Source: the human T2T-CHM13v2.0 reference genome, Homo sapiens. From it: 64,000 nt of DNA. Of this stretch, positions 53,001-62,500 are shown piece by piece (the stretch's first letter is position 1; each line of letters begins with the position of its first letter). The position numbers and the translations under genes are program-made. The notes under the pieces are model-generated. The model was not told the DNA's origin, did not search any database, and was given only the letters and a program-made list of their open reading frames with translations. The DNA is taken from contig CP086569.2 in assembly GCA_009914755.4 (NCBI GenBank), forward strand, positions 27,648,001 to 27,712,000. The letters run 5' to 3'.

Positions 53001-53179
53001 TGGAGTAGAGTGGAATGGGTTGGAGTGTAATGCAGAGGACAGGAGTGGAGTGTGGTGGACTGGAGTGGAGTGGAGTTGAGTGGAGTGGATTGGATTGAAA
53101 TAGAGCGGAGCAGAGTGGAATGGAATTGAATCACATGGTACTGAATCAAATCGAATGGAATTAAATCGAATGAGAAAAC
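50066..53179 (+). repeat. HOR copy U17 (3114 bp)
   Basis: Landmark at 50066 (variant 'ttaggctgac') and 53180. Confidence 0.85.
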
Positions 53180-56100
53180 GGAATCAAAAGCAAACGAATG
53201 GAGTCAAACCACATTGGTTAGACTGACATCGAATAATATCAAAAGAAATGTGGTGAAGGTGAGTGGAGTGTAATGAAATGGGGTGGAATGAAATAGAATG
53301 GAGTGGAGTGGAGTGGAGTGGAGTCTACTGGAGTGGAATGGAATGGAATGGAAAGGAATGGAATAGAATGGAGTGAAGTGCAGTGCAGTGAAATGGAGTG
53401 GAAAGGAATGGAATGGAAAGAATTGAATCAAATGGAATCGAAGTGAATCGAATGTAATGAAATTGAACGCAAAAAATGGAATGAGTAGAATCGAAAAAGA
53501 TGGTTTCAAATGGCAACAAATAAAATTGAATGGAATGCGGTGAGGTGGAGGGGATTGGAATGGAGTTGAATGGAATGGGGTGTAATTGAATTGAATGGAG
53601 TGTAGTGGAGTGAACTGGAGTTCAATGGAATGGAATGGGCAGGCATGGAATTGAAAGGCTTGGAGTGGAGTGGAATTGAGAGGAGTGGAATGGAGTAGGG
53701 TGGATTGTGGTGGAGAATATTGGAAAAGAGTGGAGTGGAATGGAATGGAATGGAGTGGAGTGGAATGGAATGGAATTGAGTGAAGTGGAGTGTAGTGGAA
53801 TGGAGAGTAATGGAGTGGAGTGGACTGGATTGGAGTAGATTGCAGTGCATTGGACTGTAGGGGATAGAAGTGGCTTGGAGCCCATAGGAGTGGAGTGGAA
53901 AGGAATGGAATGGAGTGGAATGGACTGGAACGGAATGGAATGGAATGGATTTAAATGGCAGGGAATCAAATCGAATTGAATCATATTGAATCAAGTCGAA
54001 TCGAGTGGAGGAAAGAAATCGAATGAAATCGAATGGAATGAATTGAATGGAGTCGAATGTCAACCATGGAATCGAAAGTAATGTGGTAAAGTGGAGTGGA
54101 GTGTTATGGAGTGGAATGGAATGGGGTGACATGGGATTGAATACAGTGGAGAGGAGTGGAGTGGATTGGGCTAGAGTGGAACGGAAAGGGAAGGAATGGA
54201 ACTGAATGGAGTGGAGTGGAATGGAGTGGAATGGAATGGAATGGAATGGAATGGAATGGAATGGAACGGAATGGAGTGGAATGGAATCGAATGACATGGA
54301 ACTGAATGAAACCGAATTGAATGAAATTGAATGGAGAAAATGGAATCAAATGGAATCAAATCGAACGGATTCGAATGTCATTGAATGGAATCGAAAGAAA
54401 TGCAGTGAGGTGGGGTTGAGTGGAATGGGATGAATGGAATTGAATGGAGGGGAGTGCAATGGAATGGAATGGAAAGGAATGGAATTGAACAAAATGGAGT
54501 GTAGTAGAATGGAGTGGATTGGAGTGGAGTGCAGGGGAGTGCAGTGGAATGAAGAGGAGTGTAGTTGAATGGAATGGAATGTATGGAATGTACTGGAATA
54601 GAATGGATAAGAATGGAATGGAATGGAATCGCACGGAATTGAATAGAATCAAATCAATTGAATAGAATCAAATGGAAAAAATGGAGTCAAATGGAATCGA
54701 ATGGCATAGAATCGAACGGTTTTGAATGTCAGTGAATGGAAACGAATGGAATGCGTTGAAATGGAGCAGAGTGGAGTGGAAAGGAGTGCAATGGAATAGG
54801 GTGGAACTGAATTTAATGGAACAGAGTGGATTGGAGTGGACTGGAGTGGAATGGAATGGGAAGGAATGGGATTGAAATTAGTGGCGTTCAGTGGAGTGGA
54901 GTGGCATGGAGTGGAGTGGAGTGGAATGGAGTGGAATGGAATGGAGTGGAATGGAGTGGATTGGAATGGAATGGAGTGCAGAGGAATGGAATGGAATGGT
55001 ATAGAGTGGACAGGAATGGAGTGGAGCGGATTGGAATGGAATGGAATGGAATGGAACTGAATGGACTGGAATGGAATGGAATAGAACGGAATCACAGGGA
55101 ATCAAATTGGATTGAATCGAATCGAATGGAAAAAATGAAATCAAATGAAATTGAATGGAATCGAAATGAATGTAAACAATGGAATCCAAAGGTATCAAAT
55201 GGAATGGAATCAAATGGTTTTGAATGGCGTAAAATGAAATCGCAAGGAAGGCAGTGAATTGGAGTGGAGTGGAATAGAGAGGAATGAATTGGAATGGAGT
55301 GGAGTGGAATGGAGTGGATTCCAGTGGACTGGAGTGGATTTGATTTTAATGGAATGGAATAGACTGGATTGGAGTGGTGTAGAGTGCAGTGGATTGGAGT
55401 GGAGAGGAATGGAGTGGAGTGAAGTCGAGTTGAGTGGAATGGAATGGAGTGGAGCAGAGTGGAATACAAAAGAATGAAGTGGATTGGTGTGGAATGGAAT
55501 GGCGTGGAATGGAGTGGAATAGAATGGAATGGAATTGCATGGAAGGATATCAAATCCAATGGAATCGAACGAAAATTATGAATCCAATGGAATCGAAAGG
55601 ATTCCAAAGGAACGGATTCGAAAGGCATTTAATGGAATGGAAAGGTATGCAGTGAAGTGGAGTGGAGTGGAGTGGATTGTTTTAGAGTGAAATGGGGTGG
55701 ATTGGAACACTATGTGGTGGAGTGGAGTGTAGTGGATCGGAGTGGAGTGCCGTGGAGTGGACTAGAGTGGGGTGGAGTGGAGTGCATTGGAGTGGAATGG
55801 AGTGGAGTGGGGTGGAATGGAATGGAATGGCATCAAATCGCATGGTAATGAATCAAATGGAATCAAATGGAATGAAATAATGGAATTGAAGGCAAACGAA
55901 TGGAATCGAATTGCACTGATTCTACTGACTTCGAAGAAAATGAAATGAAATGCGGTGAAGTGGAGTGGAGTGGAATGTATTAGGGTGGAATGGAATTGAA
56001 TGGTGTGGAGTGTAGTGGAGTGCCCAGGAGTGGAATGGGAAGAAATGGAATTGAACGGAGTGGAGTGGAGTGGAATGGAGGGTAATGGAGTGGAATGGAG

Positions 56101-56284
56101 TGGAGTGGAGTAGAGTGGAATGGGTTGGAGTGGAATGCAGAGGACAGGAGTGGAGTGTGGTGGACTGGAGTGGAGTGGAGTTGAGTGGAGTGGATTGGAT
56201 TGAAATAGAGCGGAGCAGAGTGGAATGGAATTGAATCACATGGTACTGAATCAAATCGAATGGAATTAAATCGAATGAAAAAAC
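53180..56284 (+). repeat. HOR copy U18 (3105 bp)
   Basis: Landmark at 53180 and 56285. Confidence 0.85.
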
Positions 56285-57791
56285 GGAATCAAAAGCAAAC
56301 GAATGGAGTCAAACCACATTGGTTAGACTGACATCGAATAATATCAAAAGAAATGTGGTGAAGTGGAGTGGAGTGTAATGAAATGGGGTGGAATGAAATT
56401 GAATGGAGTGGAGTGGAGTGGAGTCTACTGGAGTGGAATGGAAGGGAATGGAAAGGAATGGAATAGAATGCAGTGAAGTGCAGTGCAGTGAAATGGAGTG
56501 GAAAGGAATGGAATGGAAAGAATTGAATCAAATGGAATCGAAGTGAATCGAATCTAATGAAATTCAACGCAAAAAATGGAATGAGTAGAATCGAAAAAGA
56601 TGGTTTCATATGGCAACAAATAAAATTGAATTGAATGCGGTGAGGTGGAGGGGATTGGAATGGAGTTGAATGGAATGGGGTGTAATTGAATTGAATGGAG
56701 TGGAGTGGAGTGAACTGGAGTGCAATGGAATGGAATGGCCAGGCATGGAATTGAAAGGCGTGGAGTGGAGTGGAATTGAGAGGAGTGGAATGGAGTAGGG
56801 TGGATTGTGGTGGAGAATATTGGAAAAGAGTGGAGTGGAATGGAATGGAATGGAGTGGAGTGGAATGGAATGGAATTGAGTGAAGTGGAGTGTAGTGGAA
56901 TGGAGTGTAATGGAGTGGAGTGGACTGGAGTGGAGTAGATTGCAGTGCATTGGACTGTAGGGGATAGAAGTGGCTTGGAGTCCATAGGAGTGGAGTGGAA
57001 TGGAATGGAATGGAGTGGAATGGACTGGAACGGAATGGAATGGAATGGATTTAAATGGCAGGGAATCAAATCGAATTGAATCATATTGAATCAAGTCGAA
57101 TCGATTGGAGGAAAGAAATCGAATGAAATCGAATGGAATGAATTGAATGGAGTCGAATGTCAACCATGGAATCGGAAGTAATGTGGTAAAGTGGAGTGGA
57201 GTGTTATGGAGTGGAATGGAATGGGGTGACATGGAATTGAATACAGTGGAGAGGAGTGGAGTGGATTGGGCTAGAGTGGAACGGAAAGGGAAGGAATGGA
57301 ACTGAATGGAGTGGAGTGGAATGGAGTGGAATGGAATGGAATGGAATGGAATGGAATGGAGTGGAATGGAATCGAATCACATGGAACTGAATGAAACCAA
57401 ATTGAATGAAATTGAATGGAGAAAATGGAATCAAATGGAATCAAATCGAACGAATTCGAATGTCATTGAATGGAATCGAAAGGAATGCAGTGAGGTGGGG
57501 TTGAGTGGAATGGAGTGGAATGGAATGGGATGAATGGAATTGAATGGAGGAGAGTGGAATGGAATGGAATGGAAAGGAATGGAATTGAACAAAATTGAGT
57601 GTAATAGAATGGAGTGGATTGGAGTGGAGTGCAGGGGAGTGCAGTGGAATGAAGAGGAGTGTAGTTGAATGGAATGGAATGTATGGAATGTACTGGAATA
57701 GAATGGATAAGAATGGAATGGAATGGAATCGCATGGAATTGAATAGAATCAAATCGAATTGAATAGAATCAAATGGAAAAAATGGAGTCAA
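53204..57791 (+). repeat. Near-perfect duplication block (copy at 59420-64000; offset exactly 6216 bp = U18+U19 to U20+U21)
   Basis: More than 20 ORF-track translations are identical at a constant 6216-bp offset with no indel across ~4.6 kb. Shared private variants include 'IYSNPVHST' (53622..53984 / 59838..60200), 'CSISTHSIRF' (54649..55095 / 60865..61311), 'WALHYTPHHS' (55922..56254 / 62138..62470) and 'SSNRFDLIQ' (56606..57232 / 62822..63448). Confidence 0.8.
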
Positions 57792-59395
57792 ATGGAATCG
57801 AATGGCATAGAATCGAACTGTTTTGAATGGCAGTGAATGGAAACGAATGGAATGCGATGAAGTGGAGCAGAGTGGAGTTGAAAGGAGTGCAATGGAATAG
57901 GGCGGAACTGAATTTAATGGAACAGAGTGGATTGGAGTGGACTGGAGTGGAATGGAATGGGAAGGAATGGGTTTGAAATTAGTGGCGTGCAGTGGAGTGG
58001 AGTGGCATGGAGTGGAGTGGAGTGGAATGGATTGGAATGCAATGGAGTGGAATGGAGTGGATTGGAATGGAATGGAGTGCAGAGGAATGGAATGGAATGG
58101 TATAGAGTGGACAGGAATGGAGTGGAGCGGATTGTAATGGAATGCAATGGAATGGAATGGTATGGAACTGAATGGACTGGAATGGAATGGAATAGAATGG
58201 AATCACAGGGAATCAAATTGGATTGAATCGAATCGAATGGAAAAAATGAAATCAAATGAAATTGAATGGAATCGAAATGAATGTAAACAATGGAATCCAA
58301 TGGAATCCAATGGAATCGAATCAAATGGTTTTGAATGGCATAAAATGAAATTGCAAGGAAGGCAGTGAATTGGAGTGGAGTGGAATAGAGAGGAATTAAT
58401 TGGAATGGAGTGGAGCGGAATGGAGTGGATTCCAGTGGAGTGGAGTGGATTGGATTGGAATGGAATGGAATAGACTGGATTGGAGTGGTGTAGAGTGCAG
58501 TGGATTGGAGTGGAGAGGAATGGAGTGGAGTGAAGTCGAGTTGAATGGAATGGAATGGAGTGGAGCAGAGTGGAATGCAAAAGAATGAAGTGGATTGGTG
58601 TGGAATGGAATGGCGTGGAATGGAGTGGAATAGAATGGAATGGAATCGCATGGAAGGATATCAAATCCAATGGAATCGAAGGAAAATTATGAATCCAATG
58701 GAATCGAAAGGATTCCAAAGGAACGGATTCGAAAGGCATTTAATGGAATGGAAAGGTATGCAGTGAAGTGGAGTGGAGTGGAGTGGATTGGTTTAGAGTG
58801 AAATGGGGTGGATTGGAACACTATGTGGTGGAGTGGAGTGTAGTGGATCGGAGTGGAGTGCCGTGGAGTGGACTAGAGTGGGGTGGAGTGGAGTGCATTG
58901 GAGTGGAATGGAGTGGAGTGGGGTGGAATGGAATGGAATGGCATCAAATCGCATGGTAATGAATCAAATGGAATCAAATGGAATGAAATAATGGAATCGA
59001 AGGCAAACGAATGGAATCGAATTGCACTGATTCTACTGACTTCGAAGAAAATGAAATGAAATGCGGTGAAGTGGAGTGGAGTGGAATATATTAGGGTGGA
59101 ATGGAATTGAATGGTGTGGAGTGGATTGGAGTGTCCAGGAGTGGAATGGGAAGAAATGGAATTGAACGGAGTGGAGTGGAGTGGAATGGAGGGTAATGGA
59201 GTGGAATGGAGTGGAGTGGAGTAGAGTGGAATGGGTTGGAGTGGAATGCAGAGGACAGGAGTGGAGTGTGGTGGACTGGAGTGGAGTGGAGTTGAGTGGA
59301 GTGGATTGGATTGAAATAGAGCGGAGCAGAGTGGAATGGAATTGAATGACATGGTACTGAATCAAATCGAATGGAATTAAATCGAATGAGAAAAC
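56285..59395 (+). repeat. HOR copy U19 (3111 bp)
   Basis: Landmark at 56285 and 59396. Confidence 0.85.
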
Positions 59396-62300
59396 GGAAT
59401 CAAAAGCAAACGAATGGAGTCAAACCACATTGGTTAGACTGACATCGAATAATATCAAAAGAAATGTGATGAAGGTGAGTGGAGTGTAATGAAATGGGGT
59501 GGAATGAAATAGAATGGAGTGGAGTGGAGTGGAGTGGAGTCTACTGGAGTGGAATGGAATGGAATGGAAAGGAATGGAATAGAATGGAGTGAAGTGCAGT
59601 GCAGTGAAATGGAGTGGAAAGGAATGGAATGGAAAGAATTGAATCAAATGGAATCGAAGTGAATCGAATGTAATGAAATTGAACGCAAAAAATGGAATGA
59701 GTAGAATCGAAAAAGATGGTTTCAAATGGCAACAAATAAAATTGAATGGAATGCGGTGAGGTGGAGGGGATTGGAATGGAGTTGAATGGAATGGGGTGTA
59801 ATTGAATTGAATGGAGTGTAGTGGAGTGAACTGGAGTTCAATGGAATGGAATGGGCAGGCATGGAATTGAAAGGCTTGGAGTGGAGTGGAATTGAGAGGA
59901 GTGGAATGGAGTAGGGTGGATTGTGGTGGAGAATATTGGAAAAGAGTGGAGTGGAATGGAATGGAATGGAGTGGAGTGGAATGGAATGGAATTGAGTGAA
60001 GTGGAGTGTAGTGGAATGGAGAGTAATGGAGTGGAGTGGACTGGATTGGAGTAGATTGCAGTGCATTGGACTGTAGGGGATAGAAGTGGCTTGGAGCCCA
60101 TAGGAGTGGAGTGGAAAGGAATGGAATGGAGTGGAATGGACTGGAACGGAATGGAATGGAATGGATTTAAATGGCAGGGAATCAAATCGAATTGAATCAT
60201 ATTGAATCAAGTCGAATCGAGTGGAGGAAAGAAATCGAATGAAATCGAATGGAATGAATTGAATGGAGTCGAATGTCAACCATGGAATCGAAAGTAATGT
60301 GGTAAAGTGGAGTGGAGTGTTATGGAGTGGAATGGAATGGGGTGACATGGGATTGAATACAGTGGAGAGGAGTGGAGTGGATTGGGCTAGAGTGGAACGG
60401 AAAGGGAAGGAATGGAACTGAATGGAGTGGAGTGGAATGGAGTGGAATGGAATGGAATGGAATGGAATGGAATGGAATGGAACGGAATGGAGTGGAATGG
60501 AATCGAATGACATGGAACTGAATGAAACCGAATTGAATGAAATTGAATGGAGAAAATGGAATCAAATGGAATCAAATCGAACGGATTCGAATGTCATTGA
60601 ATGGAATCGAAAGAAATGCAGTGAGGTGGGGTTGAGTGGAATGGGATGAATGGAATTGAATGGAGGGGAGTGCAATGGAATGGAATGGAAAGGAATGGAA
60701 TTGAACAAAATGGAGTGTAGTAGAATGGAGTGGATTGGAGTGGAGTGCAGGGGAGTGCAGTGGAATGAAGAGGAGTGTAGTTGAATGGAATGGAATGTAT
60801 GGAATGTACTGGAATAGAATGGATAAGAATGGAATGGAATGGAATCGCACGGAATTGAATAGAATCAAATCAATTGAATAGAATCAAATGGAAAAAATGG
60901 AGTCAAATGGAATCGAATGGCATAGAATCGAACGGTTTTGAATGTCAGTGAATGGAAACGAATGGAATGCGTTGAAATGGAGCAGAGTGGAGTGGAAAGG
61001 AGTGCAATGGAATAGGGTGGAACTGAATTTAATGGAACAGAGTGGATTGGAGTGGACTGGAGTGGAATGGAATGGGAAGGAATGGGATTGAAATTAGTGG
61101 CGTTCAGTGGAGTGGAGTGGCATGGAGTGGAGTGGAGTGGAATGGAGTGGAATGGAATGGAGTGGAATGGAGTGGATTGGAATGGAATGGAGTGCAGAGG
61201 AATGGAATGGAATGGTATAGAGTGGACAGGAATGGAGTGGAGCGGATTGGAATGGAATGGAATGGAATGGAACTGAATGGACTGGAATGGAATGGAATAG
61301 AACGGAATCACAGGGAATCAAATTGGATTGAATCGAATCGAATGGAAAAAATGAAATCAAATGAAATTGAATGGAATCGAAATGAATGTAAACAATGGAA
61401 TCCAAAGGTATCAAATGGAATGGAATCAAATGGTTTTGAATGGCGTAAAATGAAATCGCAAGGAAGGCAGTGAATTGGAGTGGAGTGGAATAGAGAGGAA
61501 TGAATTGGAATGGAGTGGAGTGGAATGGAGTGGATTCCAGTGGACTGGAGTGGATTTGATTTTAATGGAATGGAATAGACTGGATTGGAGTGGTGTAGAG
61601 TGCAGTGGATTGGAGTGGAGAGGAATGGAGTGGAGTGAAGTCGAGTTGAGTGGAATGGAATGGAGTGGAGCAGAGTGGAATACAAAAGAATGAAGTGGAT
61701 TGGTGTGGAATGGAATGGCGTGGAATGGAGTGGAATAGAATGGAATGGAATCGCATGGAAGGATATCAAATCCAATGGAATCGAACGAAAATTATGAATC
61801 CAATGGAATCGAAAGGATTCCAAAGGAACGGATTCGAAAGGCATTTAATGGAATGGAAAGGTATGCAGTGAAGTGGAGTGGAGTGGAGTGGATTGTTTTA
61901 GAGTGAAATGGGGTGGATTGGAACACTATGTGGTGGAGTGGAGTGTAGTGGATCGGAGTGGAGTGCCGTGGAGTGGACTAGAGTGGGGTGGAGTGGAGTG
62001 CATTGGAGTGGAATGGAGTGGAGTGGGGTGGAATGGAATGGAATGGCATCAAATCGCATGGTAATGAATCAAATGGAATCAAATGGAATGAAATAATGGA
62101 ATTGAAGGCAAACGAATGGAATCGAATTGCACTGATTCTACTGACTTCGAAGAAAATGAAATGAAATGCGGTGAAGTGGAGTGGAGTGGAATGTATTAGG
62201 GTGGAATGGAATTGAATGGTGTGGAGTGTAGTGGAGTGCCCAGGAGTGGAATGGGAAGAAATGGAATTGAACGGAGTGGAGTGGAGTGGAATGGAGGGTA

Positions 62301-62500
62301 ATGGAGTGGAATGGAGTGGAGTGGAGTAGAGTGGAATGGGTTGGAGTGGAATGCAGAGGACAGGAGTGGAGTGTGGTGGACTGGAGTGGAGTGGAGTTGA
62401 GTGGAGTGGATTGGATTGAAATAGAGCGGAGCAGAGTGGAATGGAATTGAATCACATGGTACTGAATCAAATCGAATGGAATTAAATCGAATGAAAAAAC
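59396..62500 (+). repeat. HOR copy U20 (3105 bp)
   Basis: Landmark at 59396 and 62501. Confidence 0.85.
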
